DNA of 64,000 nucleotides from Minisyncoccota bacterium. Its GTDB lineage: Bacteria; Patescibacteriota; Minisyncoccia; Phycocordibacterales; JAQTLZ01. A program made the position numbers and the translations under genes. Under the pieces are notes generated by a model. The model worked only from the letters and a program-made list of their open reading frames with translations. It was not told the origin of the DNA and did not search any database. This document shows, one piece after another, positions 9,870 through 18,562 of the stretch; the first letter of the stretch is position 1; each line of letters begins with the position of its first letter. The DNA is taken from the NCBI GenBank assembly GCA_028714635.1, contig JAQTLZ010000001.1, positions 79,650-143,649 on the forward strand, given 5' to 3'.

Positions 9870-10580
9870 ATGACAGATACCAAAAACAGTGCGGTTATTG
9901 AGGGCCTTTTTAAAGCGGGCGCTCATTTTGCCTATTCAAAATCACGCCGACATCCTTCAGTAAAATCTTATATTTTCGGGGCTAAAAACAAGGTTGAAAT
10001 CTTTGATTTGGAGAAAACATCTGACCTTTTGGAAAAGGCGAAGATGTTCGTGAAAACTCTCGGTGCGGAAGGAAAACAGATCCTTTTTGTTGGAGGCAAA
10101 CCAGAATCACGAGACACAATGAAAAACGGCGCTTTGGCTATCAATATGCCTTACGTTGCTGGACGATGGATTGGAGGAACTCTTACCAACTTTGGACAAA
10201 TCCGAAGCCGAATCGACAAGATGCTCACTCTCATGGACCAAAGAGAGAAAGGAGAGCTTTCAAAATACACAAAGAAGGAGCGACTTCTCATTGACCGAGA
10301 GATCACGAAACTCAACCTCTTTTTCTCCGGACTCGTTCTCTTGAAAGGAATGCCACAGGCCGTATTTGTGATTGACTCAAGAAAAGAAAAGATCGCGGTA
10401 GATGAAGCAAAGAAAATGAACATTCCCGTTATCGCTCTTCTCGGTTCTGACTGTGATATTTCTGAAGTAGATCATGCTATCGTCGGTAATGACGCTTCGC
10501 TCGCCAGTATTCGATTTTTCGTAGACCAAATTGTGAAGGCCTACCAGGAAGGAAAGGGCAGCGTTGAGCGCAAAGCGTAA
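9870..10580 (+). CDS. rpsB: 30S ribosomal protein S2
   Basis: LFKAGAHF, RWIGGTLTNF, IPVIAL...GND. Confidence 0.97.
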   Translation: MTDTKNSAVIEGLFKAGAHFAYSKSRRHPSVKSYIFGAKNKVEIFDLEKTSDLLEKAKMFVKTLGAEGKQILFVGGKPESRDTMKNGALAINMPYVAGRWIGGTLTNFGQIRSRIDKMLTLMDQREKGELSKYTKKERLLIDREITKLNLFFSGLVLLKGMPQAVFVIDSRKEKIAVDEAKKMNIPVIALLGSDCDISEVDHAIVGNDASLASIRFFVDQIVKAYQEGKGSVERKA

Positions 10581-10660
10581 AGCGTAGAGAAGAACGCCAG
10601 CTCGTCCCCGTATTTTGAGTTTTGTATTTCTACACGCTTACCGCTATACGCTAATCGCTA
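10560..10660. repeat. Heptamer-periodic inverted repeat (AGCGnnn)4 / (nnnCGCT)4
   Basis: AGCGTTG AGCGCAA AGCGTAA AGCGTAG ... ACACGCT TACCGCT ATACGCT AATCGCT. Confidence 0.75.
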
Positions 10661-10666
10661 TTAACT

Positions 10667-11254
10667 ATGATTACCACAGAACAAATCAAAGCGCTTCGAG
10701 ACGAAACAGGTATTTCTATTATGCAGTGCCGAAAGGCTCTTGAAGAGGCGGGAGGCGATAAGGAAAAGGCTCTCATTATTCTCAAGAAAAAAGGAGGCGA
10801 TATTGCAGCTAAGAAAGCTGATCGAAGCCTTGGTGCGAGTATTGTTTCTGCATATGTTCATAGTAATGGAAAAGTTGGCGCTCTCGTTGAACTTTCCTGT
10901 GAGACAGATTTTGTCGCAAAGAACGAAGAGTTCAAGGCTCTTGCTTATGATATTGCGATGCATGCTGCGGCGATGAATCCGGAATTTCTTAAGAAAGAAG
11001 ATGTCTCCGAAGACATGAAAAAGAAGGCAATTGAGATTTTTGAAAAGGAAGTGGTTGGAAAACCGAAAGATATGCAGGCAAAGATTCTCGAGGGAAAGAT
11101 CAATGCCTACTTCAAAGACAAGATTCTTCTTGAACAGCCATTCATCAAAAATCCTGAAGTAACTGTAAACGGTCTTGTGCAGGCAGCGATTCAGAAGTTC
11201 GGCGAGAAGACAGAAATTGTGCGATTTGTGAGATTCGGTTCTCTCGAGAAGTAA
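10667..11254 (+). CDS. tsf: Elongation factor Ts (short form)
   Basis: IKALRDETGISIMQCRKAL, ELSCETDFVA, IAMHAAA, LLEQPFIK. Confidence 0.97.
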   Translation: MITTEQIKALRDETGISIMQCRKALEEAGGDKEKALIILKKKGGDIAAKKADRSLGASIVSAYVHSNGKVGALVELSCETDFVAKNEEFKALAYDIAMHAAAMNPEFLKKEDVSEDMKKKAIEIFEKEVVGKPKDMQAKILEGKINAYFKDKILLEQPFIKNPEVTVNGLVQAAIQKFGEKTEIVRFVRFGSLEK

Positions 11255-11266
11255 GTTCCTCTAAAA

Positions 11267-11653
11267 ATGACATTTGCACTCTCATCATTCATCGTGTCGT
11301 TTGTGCTCATCGTGGTGCTTATCGGGCACAAGCTTTATGAAATGTCTCGGAGCGAGACCGCATTCTCGAAAATTCGAGGAAAGATGGATACGATGGTGTC
11401 TGAAAACATTTCAGTGGTAAAAAGCCACTCTCATATGTTTGAAAAGGGAACGGTGAGAAAATTTTTCAAGATCTTTTTTAGCGGAGTGGCTGAAGCAGCT
11501 CTCCACATAAGACAAAGTCTCATCCGAAAATGGAATGGTTTTTTCCATTCACTTAAGACTGGCGCAGTCAAAAAAAGCGACGGAGAAGTTTCCATTTTTC
11601 TTAAGGATATTTCTCGGGATAAAAAAACTGGCGGAGGAGAGAAAAAAATGTAG
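11267..11653 (+). CDS. Hypothetical membrane-anchored protein
   Basis: N-terminal TM helix, basic 128-aa ORF directly after tsf. Confidence 0.7.
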   Translation: MTFALSSFIVSFVLIVVLIGHKLYEMSRSETAFSKIRGKMDTMVSENISVVKSHSHMFEKGTVRKFFKIFFSGVAEAALHIRQSLIRKWNGFFHSLKTGAVKKSDGEVSIFLKDISRDKKTGGGEKKM

Positions 11654-11800
11654 AATGGAGAAGGTTTTCACGTTGCCTTAGTGAAGTTGGTGGGGCTGAA
11701 ACGAAAACTGCTTTTCGTTTCAGGAGGTTCGTAATCGAAATTGCCGTTGCTGAATGAAATGAAGCAGACAATAACGAACTGTTTTGTAAAAATTATAGAT

Positions 11801-11873
11801 GCCGGCATAGCTCAGTTGGTAGAGCGCCACTTTTGTAAAGTGGATGTCCGGGGTTCGAACCCTCGTGCCGGCT
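11801..11873 (+). tRNA. tRNA-Thr(UGU), CCA not encoded
   Basis: Acceptor GCCGGCA/TGCCGGC, D arm GCTC/GAGC, anticodon stem CCACT/AGTGG with TGT at 11834-11836, T loop TTCGAAC. Confidence 0.97.
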
Positions 11874-11917
11874 CCCTGTATACCAAATGTTTGGTTACTT
11901 GTGGTACACTGTAAAGT

Positions 11918-12334
11918 ATGAAAAGATGCAAAGAATGTGGTGTGTCGCTTAAAACCAGATTTCAATTAAAATATTGCTCTAATAAGTGTCAGTCCAATCA
12001 TCAATATAAGGAATACATTCAGGGCTGGAAATCTGGGACTTTTGATGGGAGTAGAGGAATCACAACCAAAGCTCTATCTCAACACCTGAAGCGTTACCTC
12101 ATTGAAAAGTGCGGCGAGTTTTGTTCGAAGTGTGGATGGAGGGATATTCATCCTATTACTGGTAGAGTCCCGCTAGAAGTTGATCATGAGGATGGAAATG
12201 CAGAGAATAATAGCGAAAAAAATTTAAAACTTTTGTGTCCCAATTGTCATTCTCTCACCCCGGGTTTCAGAAATTTGAACAAGGGAAAAGGAAGAATTTG
12301 GCGAAAGAATAAATACTTGAAGACTAACTCATAG
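11918..12334 (+). CDS. HNH endonuclease with N-terminal Zn-binding motif
   Basis: CKECG..YCSNKC; CSKCGW...LEVDHEDGNAENN..NLKLLCPNCHS. Confidence 0.9.
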   Translation: MKRCKECGVSLKTRFQLKYCSNKCQSNHQYKEYIQGWKSGTFDGSRGITTKALSQHLKRYLIEKCGEFCSKCGWRDIHPITGRVPLEVDHEDGNAENNSEKNLKLLCPNCHSLTPGFRNLNKGKGRIWRKNKYLKTNS

Positions 12335-12337
12335 GAC

Positions 12338-13879
12338 ATGGAATACATTCGGACACCCTATTACACAGCGGGGCAGGCAAAAGATCTTACAGGAAAAGAT
12401 TTTCGTATTTATCGCTTCTTTGAAATTCTTCCCGGATTTTTGGCGTGGGCTACGCTCTTTGGCGCGCTTTTGCTTTCTTACCTCGCGCCTTTTTATGCGG
12501 CGCTTTTTATCATTGTCTTCAATTTATATTGGGTTTTGAAAAGCGCCTATCTCTCGCTTCACCTCTACCAAAATTGGCGCCATATCAGAAAATCTTTGGG
12601 AATGGATTGGGAGGAAATGCTTGCGCCTCTTAAATATACTCGTATTGTCCATCTTGTTATTTTGCCATTCTACAAAGAATCATATGAAATTGTAGAAACA
12701 AGTATTAAATCCCTTCTCTCTGCGCGTGGGAATAAAAAGAAAATGGCGGTCGTTCTCGCTGTTGAGGCGCGAGCAGGCGAGAGCGCATTCCAAACGGCAG
12801 AAAAAATCAGGGACTTGTATGGCAGAGAATTTGGCTACTTTCTAATCACCATTCACCCAAGCGGTATTTCAGGAGAGATGGATGGGAAGGGTTCGAACAT
12901 TGCTTACGCAGCGGAAGATGCGCGAAAGAAGATTCTCGACGCGAATGAAATTCTGTACGAGGATGTTCTTGTTTCTGCATTCGACATCGATACTATCGCG
13001 TATCCGGATTATTTCCTCTGTCTTATGTGGCATTTCCTGACGAGCGAAGATAGGCTTCATGCTTCGTATCAGCCAGTTCCTTTTTATAATAATAATATGT
13101 GGGATGCACCGGCACTGTCGCGAATCGTCGCTACGTCGGGAAGTTTCTGGCAGATGATCCAGCAGGAGCGTCCGGAGCGTCTTACCACTTTTTCTTCGCA
13201 TTCCATTCCATTTCCGACGTTGCAAGAAATTGGCTATTGGCAGAAAAATATTGTTTCCGAAGATTCCCGTATTTTTTGGAATGCATTTCTTGCACATGAT
13301 GGAAATTACAAAGCTGTACCGATTTCTTACCCGCTCTCGATGGATGCCAATCTCGCGCCCTCTTTCTGGCAGACCATGAAGAATGTCTATAAACAACAGC
13401 GCCGATGGAGCTGGGGCGTAGAAAATCTTCCTTATATTCTTATGGGCTTTGTAAAAAATCCTCGGATTTCTCTGGGGAGAAAATTGCGCATCACATTCAT
13501 CGAACTTGAACGGGCATGGTCTCTTGCGACAAACCCGATCCTTCTTTTTCTTTTCACTTGGACGCCAATTCTTCTCGGAGGAAGAGTTTTCAATAGTACT
13601 TTGCTTTCATATAATTTGCCGGTTGTCTCAAGGAATCTGACATTTCTCGGCATCCTCGGAATTTTGCTCTCCGCTATCGTTTCTATTTCGCTTCTTCCTC
13701 CGCCTCCAAAAGGGAGCTCAAAAAGAGGAACGCTCACCATGTTTGCCCAGTGGATATTCGTGCCCGCAACACTTCTCGTGTTTGGCTCGATCCCGGCTCT
13801 TGAGGCGCAGACCCGTCTCATGCTCTCCGGAAAATTCCGTCTTGGCTATTGGGTGACGCCAAAACACCGGAAATCTTAA
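12338..13879 (+). CDS. Membrane glycosyltransferase family 2 (processive synthase-like)
   Basis: TM helices at both ends, GKGSN, FDID, SEDS and QQRRW (QxxRW) motifs. Confidence 0.85.
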   Translation: MEYIRTPYYTAGQAKDLTGKDFRIYRFFEILPGFLAWATLFGALLLSYLAPFYAALFIIVFNLYWVLKSAYLSLHLYQNWRHIRKSLGMDWEEMLAPLKYTRIVHLVILPFYKESYEIVETSIKSLLSARGNKKKMAVVLAVEARAGESAFQTAEKIRDLYGREFGYFLITIHPSGISGEMDGKGSNIAYAAEDARKKILDANEILYEDVLVSAFDIDTIAYPDYFLCLMWHFLTSEDRLHASYQPVPFYNNNMWDAPALSRIVATSGSFWQMIQQERPERLTTFSSHSIPFPTLQEIGYWQKNIVSEDSRIFWNAFLAHDGNYKAVPISYPLSMDANLAPSFWQTMKNVYKQQRRWSWGVENLPYILMGFVKNPRISLGRKLRITFIELERAWSLATNPILLFLFTWTPILLGGRVFNSTLLSYNLPVVSRNLTFLGILGILLSAIVSISLLPPPPKGSSKRGTLTMFAQWIFVPATLLVFGSIPALEAQTRLMLSGKFRLGYWVTPKHRKS

Positions 13880-13930
13880 GAAATGCCGTCTCTGTAAAAG
13901 AAGCCGATTTTGTGTATAATATCCTCCTAT

Positions 13931-14800
13931 ATGCCGCACATGTCTCTTCGCAGAAGAAGGCTCTATTTCTATTCTTTTTGCCTGATTTTTTTCGTGCTCA
14001 TCCCTGTTCTTGTTTTTTACGCGAATGGGTATAGGATCACCAAAGATTGGCAAGTCGCTGAAACGGGCGGTATTTATGTCTATGCTTCCGAAAGCAATGC
14101 AGACGTCTCTTTGAACGGAGTCCTCTTGCAGAAAAGTGGGATTTTTCAGAGGGGAACTTTTCTCGACGGTCTTACAGAAGGGAAGTATGAGATTTCAGTA
14201 TCAAAGGCAGATTTTTCTTCTTGGAAAAAAGATATTGAAGTGAAAGAAGGATTTGTTACGGAAGGACATCCGTTTCTTATTCCTTTGAATATTGAGCCCG
14301 TTCTGATCCCCGAATTTTCAACTTCCACAGCTACTAGCACAAAAATAAAAAATCCTGATTATGCCGATGCTCTGCTTCTTTTCCAAAAATCGCTGGTAAA
14401 GAAAACTCTCGCTACAACTACGTTGTCTTACGGAGAGGACGCTCTTCGAAATGGGAATCTTGTGGTTTTTGAGACAGGAACTCAATTACAGGCTGTCTGG
14501 CTTGGAGATACCAATTCGATGCCCTACTTTTTCTGTCATGCAGTTTTGTGCGGGACAGATACAAGCGCGACTTCCACTGTCTATACGAATGTTGTGCCGA
14601 AATCCCATCTTGAATTTTTGCCACGGCGTACCGATGTGGTGTTACTCGAAACAAAAGAGGGTATAGAGGCAGTTGAGCTTGATACGACATTTCCTCAAAA
14701 TGCAGTTTTGGTATATCCGACGAAGACAGCGGACTTTAGAGTTTCAAATGGCGTCATCTATTTAAAAGACGGTGCCAATATATCGAAGATAAATTTGTAA
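13931..14800 (+). CDS. PEGA-domain membrane-anchored protein
   Basis: N-terminal TM, YANGYR, TGGIYV..ADVSLNG..LTEGKYEISVSKADFSSWKKDIEV. Confidence 0.75.
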   Translation: MPHMSLRRRRLYFYSFCLIFFVLIPVLVFYANGYRITKDWQVAETGGIYVYASESNADVSLNGVLLQKSGIFQRGTFLDGLTEGKYEISVSKADFSSWKKDIEVKEGFVTEGHPFLIPLNIEPVLIPEFSTSTATSTKIKNPDYADALLLFQKSLVKKTLATTTLSYGEDALRNGNLVVFETGTQLQAVWLGDTNSMPYFFCHAVLCGTDTSATSTVYTNVVPKSHLEFLPRRTDVVLLETKEGIEAVELDTTFPQNAVLVYPTKTADFRVSNGVIYLKDGANISKINL

Positions 14801-14812
14801 TATACTATAAGC

Positions 14813-15565
14813 GTGGAGACAGAAAGTAAAAAAGGATATTTGCACCCAATTACACAGACTATTCGGCAGGCGGTTTCGATTTGGAATGATCTTGGATTTG
14901 AAGTGGCGGAAGGGCCGGAAATTGAAACCGAACATTACAATTTCGACGCTTTGAATATTCCCGCGAATCATCCAGCACGGGATCTTTGGGATACGTTTTG
15001 GCTGAAACCTCTTTCAGCTCGTAAACTCTTGCGAACTCACACTTCTCCTGTCCAGATCCGCTATATGGAGAAGCACAAAAAGGATTTGCCAATCCGCATT
15101 ATTGTTCCAGGAAAAACTTTCCGTCATGAGGCAACGGATGCCACCCATGAAGCTCAATTTTTCCAAATGGAAGGGCTTGCCGTGGGCGAGGGAATTACGC
15201 TCGCGAATATGAAATCAGTGCTCATCACTTTTTTCAAAAAGCTCTATGGTCCCGATGCGGATGTTCGATTTCGCCCGAGCTTTTTCCCTTTTACCGAGCC
15301 AAGCGTTGAGATTGATGTCTCTTGTTTTAAGTGTGCTGGAAAAGATTCTGCCTGTCCGCTTTGCAAAGGCACCGGCTGGATAGAAGTTATGGGCGGAGGA
15401 ATGGTTAATCCAAAAGTGCTCGAAGGTGTAGGAATTGACCACAAAAAATACACAGGTTTCGCCTTCGGTTTCGGACTGGACCGCCTCGTGATGCTCAAAT
15501 ATGGCGTAGATGATATTCGTTCGCTTTATTCAGGAGATTTACGATTGTGGCAGGTTAAAAAATAA
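14813..15565 (+). CDS. pheS: Phenylalanine--tRNA ligase alpha subunit (N-terminally short)
   Basis: GYLHPI, NFDALNIPANHPARD, LLRTHTSPVQIR, FRPSFFPFTEPS, GFAFGFGLDR. Confidence 0.97.
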   Translation: METESKKGYLHPITQTIRQAVSIWNDLGFEVAEGPEIETEHYNFDALNIPANHPARDLWDTFWLKPLSARKLLRTHTSPVQIRYMEKHKKDLPIRIIVPGKTFRHEATDATHEAQFFQMEGLAVGEGITLANMKSVLITFFKKLYGPDADVRFRPSFFPFTEPSVEIDVSCFKCAGKDSACPLCKGTGWIEVMGGGMVNPKVLEGVGIDHKKYTGFAFGFGLDRLVMLKYGVDDIRSLYSGDLRLWQVKK

Positions 15566-15568
15566 ATT

Positions 15569-17467
15569 ATGCTCATCTCTTACAAATGGCTCACGATGTA
15601 TTTCGACAAACCGATTCCTTCACCGGAGGAGGTTGCCAAGCTTTTTACTTTTCATGCTTTTGAGGTGGAAGGGTTGGAAAAGAAAGGCGATAATGCAACT
15701 CTGGATGTAAAAATTTTGCCAGACCGAGCGCATTATTGTCTTTCGCATCGAGGCGTTGCCGGAGAGCTTTCTGCAATAACCGGAATTCCACTCAAGAAAA
15801 TCGAGCCGAAAGTTTTTCCTATTGCCAAAGTTCGTGATTTGAAAATAAAAATAGATGAGCCGAAACTTTGCCGACGATATATCGGGCGCGTTATCGAAGA
15901 TGTGGTTGTTACTGATTCGCCGGATTGGCTTTCTGCCGACTTAGCGGTTGTCGGTCAGCGACCAATAAATGTTGTTGTTGATAATGCCAACGGAGCGATG
16001 TTCGATGTCGGTCAGCCACTTCACGCTTTCGATGCGGATAAAGTGGTGGGGGGAATTACAGTACGTCTCGCAAAAAAAGGGGAAAAAATCACTACACTTG
16101 ATGACAAAGATATTACTCTCGATGCTGAAACGCTTGTGATTGCTGACGACGAGGGACCAATTGCTATTGCAGGGGTCAAAGGCGGAAAGCGGGCGGAAGT
16201 GACGAAAGAGACCAAAAACCTCATTCTCGAATCTGCCAATTTTGATCCGGTAAATATTCGCAAGACTTCTACTCGGCTTGGAATCAAGACTGATGCATCA
16301 AAGCGTTATGAAAATGAGATAACTCCGGAGCTGGCAGCAAGCGGAATGGAAATGCTTACCTTTTTCCTTCAATACTGTATTAAAAGTCCTTTCAAAATCG
16401 GATCCCTTGTGGATGTTTACCCACATCCTGCAAAGCAAACTGTGATTGATTTTGACCCAAGTTTGGCAAGCGGGCTTCTTGGGGTTGAAATTAGCGAAGA
16501 AAAGGTTATTGAACTTTTGAATCGCCTTGAAATTAAAATAGAAAAGAAAGGCAGACATCTTTCACTCACGATTCCCTTTGTTCGTCTTGATTTAGAGATG
16601 TCTGAAGATATTGTGGAGGAAATTGGACGGCTATACGGCTATGAAAATATCAAGCCCGTGCCGATGGAGAAAATGCAGAAATCTCCCACGATCAATAAGA
16701 ATGTCTATTATCAAAACAAATTCCGAGACGTGCTTACAAATCTGGGCTTTACCGAAGTCTACACATATGCGCTTCAGGAAAGTGGGGAAGTAGAGCTTGA
16801 AAACCCATTGGCATCGGATAAAAGCTTTTTGCGCAAAAACCTTTCTGCGCTTCAAAATAGCCTCGATATGAACGCGCTCAATGCTCCGCTTCTCGGGCTC
16901 ACGGATGTACGAATATTTGAAATTGGAAAAGTATTCGATAAAGGCGCTGAAGAACATACAGCTTTGGGTATTGGTTTTTGGACTGGCACAAAGAAAAAAC
17001 AAAAAGAAATGATTGAAGCCGAGTTCGACAAGATCGCAGATGCTTTCAGAAAGGAGATTGGAGATGCGCCAGAGGCGCACAATCTTACGGCGAATGTTAT
17101 GGAAGCGAATCTTGATGCGTGTATTGAAAAATTACCCGACCCAAAGAAATATGATTTTGCCAAAGCGACAGAAGTCATTTACAAAAAACCATCAGCCTTT
17201 CCATTTATTGTCCGTGACGTAGCACTTTTCGTCCCATCTGCCACCAAAGAGGGGGATGTGCAAAATATAATCAAACAATCAGCGGGGGATTTGGTAGTCC
17301 GAGGTCCGGAACTTTTCGATGTATTCGAAAAAGGAGACAAGAAATCTCTCGCATTCCGGCTTGTTTTCCAATCATATGAAAAGACACTCACAGACAGCGA
17401 GGCGAATGGATTTATGGAGAAGGTCTATGGAGTTTTAGAGAAAGAGGGTTTCGAATTGAGAAAATAA
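15569..17467 (+). CDS. pheT: Phenylalanine--tRNA ligase beta subunit (short form, apparently lacking the B2 domain)
   Basis: MLISYKWL, PDRAHYCLSHRGVAGE, GQPLHAFDADK, RLDL..EDIVEEIGRLYGY, FDX-ACB C-terminus. Confidence 0.95.
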   Translation: MLISYKWLTMYFDKPIPSPEEVAKLFTFHAFEVEGLEKKGDNATLDVKILPDRAHYCLSHRGVAGELSAITGIPLKKIEPKVFPIAKVRDLKIKIDEPKLCRRYIGRVIEDVVVTDSPDWLSADLAVVGQRPINVVVDNANGAMFDVGQPLHAFDADKVVGGITVRLAKKGEKITTLDDKDITLDAETLVIADDEGPIAIAGVKGGKRAEVTKETKNLILESANFDPVNIRKTSTRLGIKTDASKRYENEITPELAASGMEMLTFFLQYCIKSPFKIGSLVDVYPHPAKQTVIDFDPSLASGLLGVEISEEKVIELLNRLEIKIEKKGRHLSLTIPFVRLDLEMSEDIVEEIGRLYGYENIKPVPMEKMQKSPTINKNVYYQNKFRDVLTNLGFTEVYTYALQESGEVELENPLASDKSFLRKNLSALQNSLDMNALNAPLLGLTDVRIFEIGKVFDKGAEEHTALGIGFWTGTKKKQKEMIEAEFDKIADAFRKEIGDAPEAHNLTANVMEANLDACIEKLPDPKKYDFAKATEVIYKKPSAFPFIVRDVALFVPSATKEGDVQNIIKQSAGDLVVRGPELFDVFEKGDKKSLAFRLVFQSYEKTLTDSEANGFMEKVYGVLEKEGFELRK

Positions 17468-17469
17468 AA

Positions 17470-17505
17470 CTGTTCTGTATCGCTGTCGGTGGCGAAACAG
17501 AACAG
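17470..17505. terminator. Hairpin between pheT and the convergent orphan ORF
   Basis: CTGTTCTGTATCGCT...GGCGAAACAGAACAG. Confidence 0.6.
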
Positions 17506-17511
17506 AATGTG

Positions 17512-17721
17512 TCACGGAAGGTTGAAGTAGATCGCTACATGTGTTGCGAGGTAGCATCCGGGATTTTTCACCCGCGGAGGCCTTTTTCTCCCGCAAGTTA
17601 GAACATCGGCGATACTTCTTGAACACGCGGACAGGCTACTGCTTCCTGCACCTATCGCACCTCGCGGTTTTGATAGGAGTAGAGAGAGGTTCTCTTGCCG
17701 TTTGTCACATGCCAGTTGCAT
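17512..17721 (-). CDS. Small orphan protein
   Basis: 69-aa ORF with AAGGGAG SD and an upstream TTGCGG..TATAGT promoter; no recognisable family. Confidence 0.4.
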   Translation of the reverse strand: MQLACDKRQENLSLLLSKPRGAIGAGSSSLSACSRSIADVLTCGRKRPPRVKNPGCYLATHVAIYFNLP

Positions 17722-17816
17722 GACTTTCTCCCTTCAAAATGTACTTGGTTATCCCTCCTTATCTCCGCATCTTTTTATACTATATGCATTTGTATAAAAA
17801 ACCCGCAAATTGGTTT

Positions 17817-17859
17817 TGTGCATAAGCCTGTGGAGAAATTGTGAGTTTGTTGGGGATTA
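17817..17859 (-). promoter_or_regulatory. Array of DnaA-box-like 9-mers
   Basis: TGTGCATAA 17817, TGTGGAGAA 17829, TGTGAGTTT 17840, TGGGGATTA 17851 (consensus TGTGGATAA). Confidence 0.5.
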
Positions 17860-17967
17860 GATGTTTACGCAATATTTGTAAAAATAATCAATATATTTTT
17901 GAGAAAATAAAAGATGCCGTTGAGTTAAAAGCCCTCAACGGCACCTGTGTTTGTCCGCGCATTCTGT

Positions 17968-18309
17968 TTATAAGCGCTCGAGCCAGTATGAGTTGGTTTT
18001 CGCATTACCAACTGCATAACACTTGGACTTTACCACATACTGCGCGCCGACTCGCAGCGTCGGACCCGGGGTGTTCACAAACACCCGAGTGCCATCCGCC
18101 GCTTCGAAGACAGATGTGTCTCCGATTTGCGCCAGGAGCGTATGCGGCTCGCCCTGGAGCTTGCTCATGTGGGCCGGTTTGCCTTCGGCATTGAGAACGA
18201 TCAGAGCAATCGCTATCGGGACACAGAGCAGCAGGCCGACGAACGCGAGTATGTGTACGCCTGACAGGGCGACAAAGATTCTTTTCGTTCTCGGAACTTT
18301 TATTCTCAT
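17968..18309 (-). CDS. Orphan membrane-anchored protein
   Basis: AGGAGGAG SD before ATG 18309; long N-terminal hydrophobic segment. Confidence 0.6.
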   Translation of the reverse strand: MRIKVPRTKRIFVALSGVHILAFVGLLLCVPIAIALIVLNAEGKPAHMSKLQGEPHTLLAQIGDTSVFEAADGTRVFVNTPGPTLRVGAQYVVKSKCYAVGNAKTNSYWLERL

Positions 18310-18562
18310 GACTTCACTCCTCCTGTATTGCCTCACGCGGGCAAGCTCACACTTGGGGTCGAGCCCCTTCCAGAAGCCTTGGTGACAGGCTTTATACATG
18401 AAGAACTCTATCAAATTCATATCATTTTATTTTTAAAAAGTCAAATTTTTGATACCAGAAACTATCCACTAAAACCGAGAAAAAGCCCTTTCATTTTAAG
18501 GCTAAATTTGCTATAATAAGAGTACCAAAAGGGTGCTTTTTTGTTTGTATTTTCGCTCATAA

